DNA of 64,000 bases from an uncultured Gammaproteobacteria bacterium (lineage in GTDB: Bacteria > Patescibacteriota > Patescibacteriia > SG8-24): contig CAZAOV010000002.1 in NCBI GenBank assembly GCA_964486995.1, forward strand, positions 26,559-90,558, read 5' to 3'. Numbering within the stretch: the stretch's first letter is position 1; the number at the start of each line of letters is the position of its first letter. Below the pieces are notes generated by a model. The model saw only the letters and a list, made by a program, of their open reading frames with translations, had not been told where the DNA came from and made no database searches. Positions 47,708 to 58,075 of the stretch are shown here, piece by piece. Position numbers and translations under genes: made by a program.

Positions 47708-50329
47708 ATGCATACCGATATCCTCGATAAATTCACCGCACACCTCAAGAATGCGCTGGCGAAATCATATTCTTTAGCGGCAGAACTGTCCTCTACCGGT
47801 ATCCATCCGGAACACCTGCTATTGTCGCTCCTTATGCAGCGAGGAAGCATGGGTGGCGAATTGCTCCGTCAGTCCAATTTAAGCGCCGAAGAGCTGCGTC
47901 AGATGCTCATCGCGGTGAATCAGTTCACCCCGGGCGACGGTAAGGAAGGTGCCCCCAAACTATCGGCAGAATCAAAGCGAGCCATCGAGAAGGCGGTTTT
48001 AGTCGCCAATACGCACGAGCATCGCTACGTCGGTACCGAACATTTATTGTTCGGTATTTTAGAAATCGGCTCGCCGGTCGTTGATGCAATCCTAACTGAC
48101 CAAGAAGTGGATATCGTCTGGCTCCGTGATCAAATTATCAATACTTTAAACAGCACTTCCAAGTTCCCGGAAATCACCGAAACGTTCGAGTCTGGTGTGG
48201 TGCCTGGACAGGACATCAGCACGGAAGATCAGGCGATTGCGCTCGAAGCGAGCGAAGCCACGCAAGTCGGCAGCAAAACCCCAGCATTGGATTTCTTTGC
48301 CGTGGACCTAACCGACCCCAAGGTCCAAGAGGATATAGATCCGGTTATCGGCCGGAGCACGGAAATCAATCGGCTGGTTCAGGTACTGTCCCGACGCACC
48401 AAGAACAATCCCGTATTGCTCGGTGAACCAGGCGTTGGCAAGACGGCCATCGTGGAAGGTCTGGCCAAAAAGATCGTGCAGGGTGATGTGCCGGAAGTGC
48501 TGGCTGACAAACGTATCCTGGCGCTGGATCTCGGAATGATGATCGCCGGAACAATTTATCGCGGTGAATTTGAAGGTCGCATCAAACAGATTACCGATGA
48601 GGTAAAGGCTAATCCGAACGTGATTGTTTTCATTGACGAAATGCACAACATCATGGGTGCCGGTTCGACCAACGGCTCTATGGATGCGGCAAACCTCCTG
48701 AAACCTGCGCTGGCTCGAGGCTACATGCACTGCATAGGTGCGACTACTATTTCTGAATTTAAAAAACACATTGAGTCCGACGGAGCGCTGGAGCGTCGAT
48801 TTCAATCCATAATGGTCGACCAGCCCAGCCTCGAAGCCACGGTAGAAATTCTAAAAGGCTTACGAGACGGCTATGAAAAACATCACGAGGTTACCATTGC
48901 TGATGACGCAATTCATGCCGCAGTCGAACTTTCTGACCGCTATCTCACCGAGCGTTTCCTTCCGGATAAGGCGATTGATCTTATTGACGAGGCGTCCGCG
49001 CGTGCGCGCGTTTCCCGCGGTGATGACTCCAAGGTCAAGCAGTTATCTCGTCTGGAATCGGAAATCGAAAAAGTACGCGCCCGCAAACAAGGTGCGGTAC
49101 ACGGCGAGAACTTCATCGAGGCATTGGAACTTAAAGGTGAAGAAGGCCGCCTAGTTAAACAACTATCCAAGACCAAAGAGGGTAACCGCAACCGAAAGCG
49201 AAGCAGAGCCTCCACAATCACACGCAATCATATCGCAGAAATTATCGCGCAGGCCACCGGAATTCCAATGAATGAACTCGTGTCAGAAGAGAGGGTCCGA
49301 CTGCTAAATCTGGAAACACATCTTGGCGCCAAAATTCATGGCCAAGACGAGGCCATCAATCAAGTAGCCGAAATGGTACGTCGTGCCAAAGCCGGCATGG
49401 CGCATCCGCAACGTCCGTTGGCATCGTTCATGTTCCTTGGTCCGTCTGGTGTAGGAAAGACCGAGCTGGCCAAGGTGCTCGGCGCGGAAATCTTCCATGA
49501 TCCAGAAGCTGTGGTTCGTATCGACATGTCCGAATTCTCTGAAGGATTCAATATGTCCAAGCTGGTTGGTGCTCCGGCAGGCTATGTCGGCTACCGCGAA
49601 GAGACCAAGCTGACCGACTTGGTGAAACGCAAACCTCACTCGTTGGTGCTATTTGACGAAATAGAAAAGGCCCATCCGGATGTGCATAATTTGCTTCTGC
49701 AGATTTTGGAAGATGGCCACATCACCGATGCCACAGGAAGAAAAATCAACTTCAAAAATACTATCGTAATAATGACTTCCAACGTCGGTGCCGCGCAGCT
49801 TCAAGCCTCTGGAATCGGCTTCTCGGCCGACGGCCATGACGCCAATCTACACATGGAAGACATTAGCTCAACCATCAATAGCGAGTTGCAGACCTCATTC
49901 CGGCCGGAATTCCTAAACCGTATCGACAAGGTGGTGGTGTTCCGCTCGCTCAACAAGAAAGATTTGGAGTCTATCGCCGGCCTGCACTTCAGTCAGTTGG
50001 CTGACCGCCTGGCCACCGACCACAGCATCATCCTAGAGGCCGACGACAGCGCCATTAAATTCCTAGCCGATAAAAGCTGGGATCCGTCATTCGGCGCGCG
50101 CACAATACGACGTCAACTGCAAGAGCATGTTGAGAGCCCGCTAGCTAAGTCATTACTCGCCGAAGACCACGGCCCCGGCGACAAAATAAAGATTACGGTC
50201 AAGAAGGGCAAGATTGATTTCAGCAAGAGCAAGAAAACCGCGAGTAAGACCGCCAGGAAGACTACGTCATCGGGCAAAGAGCCAAATGCCTCGAAATCAA
50301 AGAAGAAAGCAAATGCCAATGCCAAGTAG
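47708..50329 (+). CDS. clpC: ATP-dependent Clp protease ATP-binding subunit, ClpC-like (two AAA+ modules)
   Basis: Two Clp_N repeats at the N-terminus. Walker A sites [15 protein letters not shown] and [15 protein letters not shown]. Short inter-domain linker, so ClpC/ClpA-type rather than ClpB. Confidence 0.85.
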   Translation: MHTDILDKFTAHLKNALAKSYSLAAELSSTGIHPEHLLLSLLMQRGSMGGELLRQSNLSAEELRQMLIAVNQFTPGDGKEGAPKLSAESKRAIEKAVLVANTHEHRYVGTEHLLFGILEIGSPVVDAILTDQEVDIVWLRDQIINTLNSTSKFPEITETFESGVVPGQDISTEDQAIALEASEATQVGSKTPALDFFAVDLTDPKVQEDIDPVIGRSTEINRLVQVLSRRTKNNPVLLGEPGVGKTAIVEGLAKKIVQGDVPEVLADKRILALDLGMMIAGTIYRGEFEGRIKQITDEVKANPNVIVFIDEMHNIMGAGSTNGSMDAANLLKPALARGYMHCIGATTISEFKKHIESDGALERRFQSIMVDQPSLEATVEILKGLRDGYEKHHEVTIADDAIHAAVELSDRYLTERFLPDKAIDLIDEASARARVSRGDDSKVKQLSRLESEIEKVRARKQGAVHGENFIEALELKGEEGRLVKQLSKTKEGNRNRKRSRASTITRNHIAEIIAQATGIPMNELVSEERVRLLNLETHLGAKIHGQDEAINQVAEMVRRAKAGMAHPQRPLASFMFLGPSGVGKTELAKVLGAEIFHDPEAVVRIDMSEFSEGFNMSKLVGAPAGYVGYREETKLTDLVKRKPHSLVLFDEIEKAHPDVHNLLLQILEDGHITDATGRKINFKNTIVIMTSNVGAAQLQASGIGFSADGHDANLHMEDISSTINSELQTSFRPEFLNRIDKVVVFRSLNKKDLESIAGLHFSQLADRLATDHSIILEADDSAIKFLADKSWDPSFGARTIRRQLQEHVESPLAKSLLAEDHGPGDKIKITVKKGKIDFSKSKKTASKTARKTTSSGKEPNASKSKKKANANAK

Positions 50330-51020
50330 CAATTCAGTACAGCCGGAGAGCGACTGGGGGCGGCAACTTGAGCAGGAACGCCTCAAGAATTTAGTGCACC
50401 AAAAAAATATAGGAGCGCCAGTAAAGACGGTAGATTCCGTGACGGATTTTGGCTCAGCCGAATCGATAGATAACTCGCGAAACTGGGCGCAGGAACTAGA
50501 GCGAAAGCGGATGAAATTCGCCCTAAACAGCGGCATGGCGCTACCGGGACCCGGAGCGGCCGCCGGCACTGCATCAAAGAGTGCATCTTCCGGCGGAACG
50601 GGTCTCCCCGCATCGATCAATCCGCAACAGATGATGCAACAGCATGGTTTTTTGGGAGGTCTTATCAAGCTCTTCGGTGCCATGAGCGAACAGGCCACAA
50701 AACCAGTACTAAAGCAGCTAATTGCTTGGCACTGGGGATTGCTTCCGACAATAAAAGGAACGTTAATCTCATTACTCCTTTCCGGCCCGGCACTTAACGC
50801 TTGGCTGTTCTACGCACATATCTGGCGTAAACCCGGCCTCTGCAAATTCGACCCCTTTGATTTACTCGCCGTGCTAGTCTACGACTTAATAGTTTTACTG
50901 CTGGTTGGCGTAATATTGGTGGCGATTGTTCTACTCAGCGTAACCGCCATATGTTTTGCCACCCCGTCAGAATGTCCGTCTTTCGTGGTTGAGGCAGCCA
51001 GCGGAGTCATTAATTTCTAA
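50313..51020 (+). CDS. hypothetical membrane protein (two C-terminal TM helices)
   Basis: The start MPMPSS was chosen to avoid overlap with clpC. Gly/Ala/Ser-rich middle region and hydrophobic C-terminus. Confidence 0.4.
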   Translation: MPMPSSNSVQPESDWGRQLEQERLKNLVHQKNIGAPVKTVDSVTDFGSAESIDNSRNWAQELERKRMKFALNSGMALPGPGAAAGTASKSASSGGTGLPASINPQQMMQQHGFLGGLIKLFGAMSEQATKPVLKQLIAWHWGLLPTIKGTLISLLLSGPALNAWLFYAHIWRKPGLCKFDPFDLLAVLVYDLIVLLLVGVILVAIVLLSVTAICFATPSECPSFVVEAASGVINF

Positions 51021-51042
51021 TCTGGCAATTTAAATTCGTCCT

Positions 51043-52260
51043 ATGTTTAAAAGAATCGGTCTTATAGTTCTGTTTATCGCGGTAACCTTCGCCATCGGTT
51101 TAGGACTGTACTTTATGATCTTTGGGTTGCCCGAAGCAGAGCCAGAAATTCCGCCGGAGGAAATCGTTAACGTTCCACCAACCGGTTTGGAACCGTCGGA
51201 ACCAGCCAAACCGACTGTTCCGCCCGAGGAGCAGGAGGTGGGCCTGCCCCAGCCGCCGGCAGTTTCGCCGATTGCTGATGGTGGCATCACACAAGTTACG
51301 CCAGTTACGCCCGCTTCGACCAGAAGCGCCATGCTAAACGATTCCGGAGAGTTGAGCTACTACAACCGTAACGACGGAAAGTTCTATCGCGTTAAAGACG
51401 ACGGAACGATTATGTCGCTGTCGGATGAAGTTTTCTATAACGTGAACGAAGCCACTTTCAATCCAAGCGGCGATAGCGCTATCCTGGAATATCCAGACGG
51501 CTCTAACATCTACTACGATTTCACCACCGATACCCAAGTCACCCTGCCCCAGCATTGGGAAGATTTCGATTTCAGCCCACAAGGCAATCAAATTGCCGCC
51601 AAGAGTGTGGGCTTGGACCCGTCGAACAGGTTCGTTATCGTATCTAATCCAGACGGCTCGGGTGCAAAGCCAGTCCAAGAGATGGGCCAGAACCAAGATG
51701 AAGTTATCGTTGACTGGTCACCAAACAATCAGATAGTAGCCACGGCCACCACCGGACGAAAGCTGGGCGTCGATCGGCACGAAGTGTATTTCATCGGTCA
51801 GCACCACGAAAACTTCCGCTCCCTGATTGTAGAGGGTTTGAATTTCCAGCCGAAATGGTCACCGTCTGGAGAGCAGCTCCTGTACTCGTCAGCAAGCAGC
51901 ACCTCGGATTGGAAACCGCAGCTTTGGATTGTTGACGGGTCTGGTGATGACATCGGTCTGAACCGTCGTTCCATCAGTGTGGAAACCTGGGCCGAAAAAT
52001 GTACGTTCGCTGACCAAGAAACTCTGTACTGCGCCGTACCGCGCGAACTACCGCGCGGCGCCGGTCTGCAACCACGTATTGCAGACAACACTCCGGACGA
52101 TATCGTGAAAATTGATATGGTGACTGGTCTGCAGACTTCCGTGGCAATTCCAGAAGGCTCACATACCATCGACTCCATCATGCTGACTCCGGACGGAAAA
52201 AATCTCTATTTCACCGACAAGGGCACCGGTCAGCTCAATCAGATAAAATTAAGACCGTAA
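51043..52260 (+). CDS. membrane-anchored TolB-like beta-propeller protein
   Basis: Signal anchor, Pro-rich linker (PEAEPEIPPEE...), then repeated WSP/DGS blade-like segments typical of TolB/PD40 propellers. Confidence 0.55.
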   Translation: MFKRIGLIVLFIAVTFAIGLGLYFMIFGLPEAEPEIPPEEIVNVPPTGLEPSEPAKPTVPPEEQEVGLPQPPAVSPIADGGITQVTPVTPASTRSAMLNDSGELSYYNRNDGKFYRVKDDGTIMSLSDEVFYNVNEATFNPSGDSAILEYPDGSNIYYDFTTDTQVTLPQHWEDFDFSPQGNQIAAKSVGLDPSNRFVIVSNPDGSGAKPVQEMGQNQDEVIVDWSPNNQIVATATTGRKLGVDRHEVYFIGQHHENFRSLIVEGLNFQPKWSPSGEQLLYSSASSTSDWKPQLWIVDGSGDDIGLNRRSISVETWAEKCTFADQETLYCAVPRELPRGAGLQPRIADNTPDDIVKIDMVTGLQTSVAIPEGSHTIDSIMLTPDGKNLYFTDKGTGQLNQIKLRP

Positions 52261-52268
52261 CTTTTTCG

Positions 52269-52339
52269 GTAGCTGCACAGCTTGTCTGCGCCCGTCAATA
52301 ATCTTAAAGTGCTGGGCGGAGACAAGCTCCGCAGCTACG
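52269..52339. repeat. family-B palindromic repeat element, copy 4
   Basis: Arms ggtagctgcacagcttgtctgcgccc and gggcggagacaagctccgcagctac. Located 9 nt upstream of the DsbA-like start. Confidence 0.6.
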
Positions 52340-52347
52340 ACGATACT

Positions 52348-53010
52348 ATGAAGCGTTCCCCCCTGTTCCTTGGCATCCTAACGCTGGCAGCAATCCTGCT
52401 GCTCATGGTGTATGGCATTTCAGCCATCGCACCGCTGTTTGAGGTAAAAGAAGAGGAGCCGAAAGCAGAACAGCCGCAAATAGCGACACCCACTATTGAT
52501 TTCGGCAACCCGAGCTTCGGCCCAAGTAACGCTGACCTGACCATTGTGGTATATGGCGACTATCAGTGCCCGTCGTGTGCCGGTTTTGATGCCACACTGG
52601 TGAAAGTGTTATCTGACTTCCCAAACGTCAGGCTGGTCTGGAAGGATATTCCAAACACCAGTCGTTACGCCGAATCCAGGGACGCGGCCATCGCCGGACG
52701 CTGCGCCAAAGAACAGGGCGCTTTCTGGGAGTATCATGATATTTTAATGGCTAATCGAGATTCGCTAACCGAAACCAACTATCCGATATTCGCGATGCAA
52801 CTTGGATTAGATTCAGAACAGTTCCTCTCTTGCCTGCAAGACCGCACACCAGACGCACTGATTCAACGAGACATCGATGAAGCTATCGCTATCGGCGTCA
52901 ACGCCTCACCTTATGTGTTTATTGGCAATCAACCCTACGCCGGCAGTATGCCCGAAGAACGTCTGCGAACAATAATCGAGTCCGAACTGGATCGTCTCGG
53001 AACTCCATAA
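52348..53010 (+). CDS. DsbA-like thiol:disulfide oxidoreductase (thioredoxin fold), membrane-anchored
   Basis: CPSC active-site motif after a signal anchor, with a thioredoxin-like core. Confidence 0.7.
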   Translation: MKRSPLFLGILTLAAILLLMVYGISAIAPLFEVKEEEPKAEQPQIATPTIDFGNPSFGPSNADLTIVVYGDYQCPSCAGFDATLVKVLSDFPNVRLVWKDIPNTSRYAESRDAAIAGRCAKEQGAFWEYHDILMANRDSLTETNYPIFAMQLGLDSEQFLSCLQDRTPDALIQRDIDEAIAIGVNASPYVFIGNQPYAGSMPEERLRTIIESELDRLGTP

Positions 53011-53026
53011 AAAACAAGCCGACCAC

Positions 53027-53800
53027 ATGCCGGACAAGAAAAACAAAACGAAAAAATGGACCGGCGCTGGAGCGACCGCTTTGGTGGCTTTTTATTTACT
53101 TATGCCTCTCTCCGCAAACGCGTTTTGTTTGATAACCGAAGGCACCAGCTGCGGCCCTGAATGTGAAGAAGCGGAAGATTGCGGGTTCTTTGAAGACAGT
53201 GCGACAGGACGTTGTGAAATGACCGTTGATGCGGAAACTGAAACATCGGATCTGTTCTGTCGCGACGCCGCAGAGTTGGTGGAAGACGCCGCGGTGGCGG
53301 AGGCGGCCGCCGAGGCAACCGACCAAGCAATACAAGAAAGACGAGAGCGAGAGGCACGAATCGCTGGTCAGGACGCCCTGCCAGACCTTTCGGTGAGCAT
53401 TCCGGGCGTTCAGTTTTCTGAAATCAGGAAGACAAAGTCCGATGATGGGATGTACTACATCATAGAAATACCCTGGATGGCTGACTATATTATCGGCGTA
53501 TATCGCTATTCGGTTTTCATCGGCAGTATTCTGTCCGTAGTAATGATAATGATCGGCGGAATTCAATGGCTTACAGCCGGCGGCGACGCCAGCCGAGTGA
53601 CTAACGCCAAAAACCGAATCAACAATGCCGTAGTTGGGCTAGTGCTCATATTGGGATCGTTCTTGGTACTAAATACCATTAACCCGAGGCTGACCATGCT
53701 AAATCCACTACAGGTAAAAGTGGTAAACGAGGAACGCTACAACGTTCGTGAGGTACTGCAGACGACCACCGAAGACACCGGCAACCCGCTAGAGCTATAA
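53027..53800 (+). CDS. secreted Cys-rich protein with a VirB2/TrbC-like (T4SS-pilin-like) double-TM hairpin domain (split form, part 1)
   Basis: Signal peptide, a 9-Cys N-terminal module, then the conserved IPWMADYIIGVYRYSVFIGS...GGIQWLTAGGDASRV...VGLVLILGSFLVLNTINP two-helix domain shared with the next two fused paralogs. Confidence 0.55.
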   Translation: MPDKKNKTKKWTGAGATALVAFYLLMPLSANAFCLITEGTSCGPECEEAEDCGFFEDSATGRCEMTVDAETETSDLFCRDAAELVEDAAVAEAAAEATDQAIQERREREARIAGQDALPDLSVSIPGVQFSEIRKTKSDDGMYYIIEIPWMADYIIGVYRYSVFIGSILSVVMIMIGGIQWLTAGGDASRVTNAKNRINNAVVGLVLILGSFLVLNTINPRLTMLNPLQVKVVNEERYNVREVLQTTTEDTGNPLEL

Positions 53801-53805
53801 ATAAT

Positions 53806-54768
53806 ATGCAGTTTATAAAGAAAAATCTCTACGCCATAGCAGTCGCGATTATCGTAGGCGTGTTTACTATCGTAATCTCGCTGTTGCCGCTAGTTCCCAC
53901 TTCCAACCCAACCCAATTTGACGTAGCCGAAGCCGAAGCCAGGTTAGCGACGCTGGTTTCTGACGTTGGTTCAGAAAACTATAATTGCCCTTTCGAGTCT
54001 GTAAATAACATCACTGTTGGGGTAAGGCATCCGCCACGCGTTAGCGGCCAGCGCACGCAGATTTTCGTTCGTGAAGTGCTGAATATAATTCCAGCGGACT
54101 CCGACGTCCGTGAAAAGATCCTTCTGGTTGCTGACCTGGCGATTCGCTGTAAAGTATTTTTTGGCAGCTGCGGACGCTCGGCCGGCGCCGTTTATGCCTT
54201 AGCCGGCATCGGGGATGATGATGACCCGCCACCCACACCAAGAGAATCCAATTGTATGTTCTCAGAAGATGGCTGCAATCTAGATATCAGAAAAAAGAGA
54301 GTGCCTGAAACGGAAGAGGGTATGTATCTACGCGGCAATCTTTCGCGGATAATTATCGGGCAAAACTGCAACTCTCCAAGTGACTCCCGACGAAGAAATT
54401 GCTTCGATTCCGGACCGCAAGCCAAAAGACACGTTAGCGAGCAAATCAGTCGGTCTTTACAGAATTATCCAAACCGTTGGTCCGACCACCTAGAACCCGG
54501 TGACTGGCTGTATATCTATAACGGCAATTCAACACCCATCGGTTCACATAGCGTCATATTCCTGGGTTGGGAAAACGAGGCGCAGGGCTGGGCTTATATA
54601 TATGAAGGCAACCCGCGCTCATGGCTTGGCCGAGACCATACACCGGTAAACGAACGGCTTCAGGAAACTAGGGTTAGACTGAATCGAGCCTGCCTGAAAA
54701 GCGAGTGCGGCAATTGGTACCCGATTGTTCTGGTATATGACCCGGAATCAGCTGAAATGATTAATTAA
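53806..54768 (+). CDS. membrane-anchored NlpC/P60-CHAP superfamily cysteine-peptidase-like protein (split form, part 2)
   Basis: FFGSCGRSAGAVYALAGI (catalytic-Cys helix), then LEPGDWLYIYNGNSTPIGSHSVIFLGW, which resembles the PGDLVFF...HVGIY pattern. Confidence 0.5.
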   Translation: MQFIKKNLYAIAVAIIVGVFTIVISLLPLVPTSNPTQFDVAEAEARLATLVSDVGSENYNCPFESVNNITVGVRHPPRVSGQRTQIFVREVLNIIPADSDVREKILLVADLAIRCKVFFGSCGRSAGAVYALAGIGDDDDPPPTPRESNCMFSEDGCNLDIRKKRVPETEEGMYLRGNLSRIIIGQNCNSPSDSRRRNCFDSGPQAKRHVSEQISRSLQNYPNRWSDHLEPGDWLYIYNGNSTPIGSHSVIFLGWENEAQGWAYIYEGNPRSWLGRDHTPVNERLQETRVRLNRACLKSECGNWYPIVLVYDPESAEMIN

Positions 54769-54771
54769 CAT

Positions 54772-56226
54772 ATGAATTCATCGCGCACGCGAAAAAATAA
54801 TAATATTCGCCGAATACAAGTTTTTGGTGTCTTGCTTTTGGCCGTGGTAGCGCTCTGGCCAGGCGCCATGCTGGCGGCAGACTGTAGTATCGGTGAAAAC
54901 GACATATTTTGTGCGAGCTGCGAAGTGGGTGACCGTTGTGTCACCGACGGAACCGAACGTGGAACCTGCCAGGTTGTACCCGAAGGAACCGAAGACAGCA
55001 CCGTCTCCGAAGGCGTAGTGATTCGGGCCGGCAATAAAATCTGTACCAACAACGGCACTACGCCGGCCATGTTGCCCTCTTCCGGAGATGGCGATGGGGG
55101 TGGCAGCGGAAATGCTCCCAGCACACCAATCGGCCCGACGTTTGCCGTGAATATCCCCACGGTGCAGATTACGGGAACACAAACATCACAGACCGAAGAC
55201 GGGGAATATTATCAAGTAGACATCCCGTGGATTGCCGATTATATCACCGGCGTTTATCGCTATGCGGTGTTTTTTGGGAGCGTTTTAGCGGCCGTGCTAT
55301 TCATGCTTGCTGGCCTGCAATGGTTAACCGCGGGCGGCAACGCCAGCCGAGTAGGTGCGGCAAAAAAACGTATGGTGGATACCACCATCGGATTGGTGCT
55401 GATTCTCGGTACATTTCTAATTCTAAACACGGTCAATCCTGAATTAACTTCGCTGAGGCCGTTACGCGTAAAAACTGTTCCGCTAGATCCTCTAGAGGTG
55501 GAGATGCACTCGACTACTGTGGCCACAAGCGTTCCCGGCGACAGCACTTATGACGTTCGAAGCGACAGCGGGACGTACGTGGCGCAATATTTTAACGATT
55601 GCCCGTTCGACTTACCGGAATCGCTTAACACTCCGCCTAATTGCGAGGGTCGAAACACGTTTGCTCACCCCACTTGCCGTGAGCGGGTATTTTTCGAGCG
55701 AATTTACCCGATGCTTGAAGGTGACACCAGTCAAAAATACGTCATGGCCATGGAAGCAGCCTGGAAATGCCGAGTAAAGCTTGGTTCCTGCGGTCGTACC
55801 CTTTCAGATCTGGCAGAGTTAGCTCTTTCTGGCCCCAATGCTGAATGTCTACAGCAGGAAAACCGAGGACGTTTCCCGATTGGATGTATGGACACCTACC
55901 GAAGCCGCGCTCAAAACACCACTGTCCGCGGCTGGAATGAGCGCGAGGGAAAAACGAGCGCGGAAATCCTGGACATTCTTCGAACGGAAAATCCGGGATA
56001 TCCAGATAACCTAAACATCGGACCGGGTGCCATCGTCACGTACTACAACGGGAACCCTTCTGCTGGCGGAAGTCACCGTGTTTTTGTCGCCGGCTTCAAC
56101 GAGGAGACGGGCATGGCGCAGTTATTGGAAGGACAGGTCGGCTCACCGCCAACCAGTCGCGATGTATGCATGTCTAGCGTGTGCCGTAGGTATCCGCCAA
56201 TCGGTATTGTTTCATATTTGCGCTAA
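54772..56226 (+). CDS. fused Cys-rich / T4SS-pilin-like double-TM / NlpC-P60-CHAP-like protein (paralog 2)
   Basis: All three modules in one ORF: IPWIADYITGVYRYAVFFGS...LQWLTAGGNASRV, then KLGSCGRT and IVTYYNGNPSAGGSHRVFVAGF. Confidence 0.55.
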   Translation: MNSSRTRKNNNIRRIQVFGVLLLAVVALWPGAMLAADCSIGENDIFCASCEVGDRCVTDGTERGTCQVVPEGTEDSTVSEGVVIRAGNKICTNNGTTPAMLPSSGDGDGGGSGNAPSTPIGPTFAVNIPTVQITGTQTSQTEDGEYYQVDIPWIADYITGVYRYAVFFGSVLAAVLFMLAGLQWLTAGGNASRVGAAKKRMVDTTIGLVLILGTFLILNTVNPELTSLRPLRVKTVPLDPLEVEMHSTTVATSVPGDSTYDVRSDSGTYVAQYFNDCPFDLPESLNTPPNCEGRNTFAHPTCRERVFFERIYPMLEGDTSQKYVMAMEAAWKCRVKLGSCGRTLSDLAELALSGPNAECLQQENRGRFPIGCMDTYRSRAQNTTVRGWNEREGKTSAEILDILRTENPGYPDNLNIGPGAIVTYYNGNPSAGGSHRVFVAGFNEETGMAQLLEGQVGSPPTSRDVCMSSVCRRYPPIGIVSYLR

Positions 56227-57803
56227 TGACGATTCGACGAAATACAATTAGACGCACCCTGTCACTGTCGCTACTTTCGACAATGATTTTCGTGTTTGGA
56301 TCAGTTTTTCCGGTCCGGGCGGACGAGGAATTCATTCTTTCTACCGACGGTAAATGCTGCCCGAATCCGACGTATGACTGTTGCGAAGAGGAGAACCGCT
56401 GCTCGGGCACCGATTGTGGGCCCGAAGAGGTGTCTCCAGCTCCGGGCAGATGCTCCATCACCCGAGACGACAGAGATGCCGAAGTGGTGGGTGAACACAG
56501 CTCTTCATGTCTGACGGTCCAAGGCGAAGAGGTAGAAGGAGAGGAAACGACGCAAGACGCAATTCCGGAAAGCACCGCCCCCGGACCGCCGATAGAACCC
56601 GAGTTGGCTATCAATATACCGACAGTGACTTTCTCCGATGTTCAAGTAACCGCCGGCGAGGGCTATAACTATATCGACATTCCTTGGCTAGCGGACTATA
56701 CGGCCGGAATCTACCGCTATGCGGTGTTTATTGGCAGTGTTTTTGCGGCAGTAATGTTTATGGTTGGCGGCCTACAGTGGCTGACAGCCGGCGGCAACAC
56801 TTCACGAGTCAGCGCAGCGAAGACTAGGATACGCGATTCAATCGTCGGTCTGGTGCTGATACTCGGTTCTTATCTTCTGCTCAACACCATTAACCCCGGA
56901 CTCACTTCCATGCAGCCCTTGCGGGTGAAGGTGGTGCAAAAAGACCCCCTGCGAGTCAGCATGATGACCACTACGGCTAACACTTCTGACCCGGACTCAT
57001 CTAGTGGCGGCGGTGACCGCAGCTTTGGCGGGCGCATGGAGCCGCTCTCCGGCTCATATACGCGAGGAGTTACCGATTGTCCGCTTGACCTGGAAGCGGA
57101 ACCGGCCACGGTTTTACCCAACAGACCCGGAAGATCCAGGGAATTCGCCCAACAAATTGGTGATGTTTATGCCGGCAGTAATGTGCGAGATAAAGTTCTG
57201 CGGATTGCGGAGGCAACGGTTGCTTGCGAAATATATTTTGGTAGTTGCGGCCGTACTGGAGGTACTATTTATGCGCTAGCTGGCGTTTCGGTCGGTGCCG
57301 ACAATACGGGCGATGATCCTTCATGCATTTGGGCCGACAGTGACGCTTGTGGTGGCACTTGGGGTGCGATTGGCGGGCAAGCTAACGTGAACTGGCCTCA
57401 GCTGCGGACTTACCGTACCTGTACCGGCTCCGGCGACAGTCGTAGCTGCAACCGAACCGCTTCCGAGGCAACTGAAGTAGCTCGGGACGATATTACCGGC
57501 GCAGAAGACTACCCTGATTCGCTGGCCAATATCTTGGAGCCGGGTGACATAATGATTATTTATAACGGCAATAGTAGTCCAGCCGGTTCGCACACCATGA
57601 TTTTTATGGGTTGGGATACCGGTGGTTGGGCTCATGTTATAGACGGTTCAGCTCAGCGCTTGGCCGGCTACAGCCGCTATTGCATCAAGGAATCCTGCGG
57701 AAATCAACGTAAACCTCTGCTCTGGGTGCACAAACCGGTCTGCGACAACTTAGGCCGCGGACATCGCTGCGAAGACGACTACGGAAATACCCCAACGGAA
57801 TAA
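56226..57803 (+). CDS. fused Cys-rich / T4SS-pilin-like double-TM / NlpC-P60-CHAP-like protein (paralog 3)
   Basis: IPWLADYTAGIYRYAVFIGS...LQWLTAGGNTSRV, then YFGSCGRTGGTIYALAGV and PGDIMIIYNGNSSPAGSHTMIFMGW. The start overlaps the previous stop. Confidence 0.55.
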   Translation: MTIRRNTIRRTLSLSLLSTMIFVFGSVFPVRADEEFILSTDGKCCPNPTYDCCEEENRCSGTDCGPEEVSPAPGRCSITRDDRDAEVVGEHSSSCLTVQGEEVEGEETTQDAIPESTAPGPPIEPELAINIPTVTFSDVQVTAGEGYNYIDIPWLADYTAGIYRYAVFIGSVFAAVMFMVGGLQWLTAGGNTSRVSAAKTRIRDSIVGLVLILGSYLLLNTINPGLTSMQPLRVKVVQKDPLRVSMMTTTANTSDPDSSSGGGDRSFGGRMEPLSGSYTRGVTDCPLDLEAEPATVLPNRPGRSREFAQQIGDVYAGSNVRDKVLRIAEATVACEIYFGSCGRTGGTIYALAGVSVGADNTGDDPSCIWADSDACGGTWGAIGGQANVNWPQLRTYRTCTGSGDSRSCNRTASEATEVARDDITGAEDYPDSLANILEPGDIMIIYNGNSSPAGSHTMIFMGWDTGGWAHVIDGSAQRLAGYSRYCIKESCGNQRKPLLWVHKPVCDNLGRGHRCEDDYGNTPTE

Positions 57804-58075
57804 TCTCCGGACGAGAAAGAAGGCTAACTGCAAAACCGTCAGACTTGTTTTAAGGCGGCGGCGTATTCGCTCGTTTAGAACAAGTCTGACGGTTTTTTCG
57901 CAGGTGCGTCATTAATAATCCCTTGCCAAAAAACGGCGAGGGGTTTTAGGTATGGTAGGATAGAAGATATTGAGGTGTTTGGAGATGGTGGTATGTTGAG
58001 CGCTTACCCGGCACAAACCCAACATCTCTGAATACCCGTGAACATCTAAACATCGTTCAGCTAAAATACACCTAT

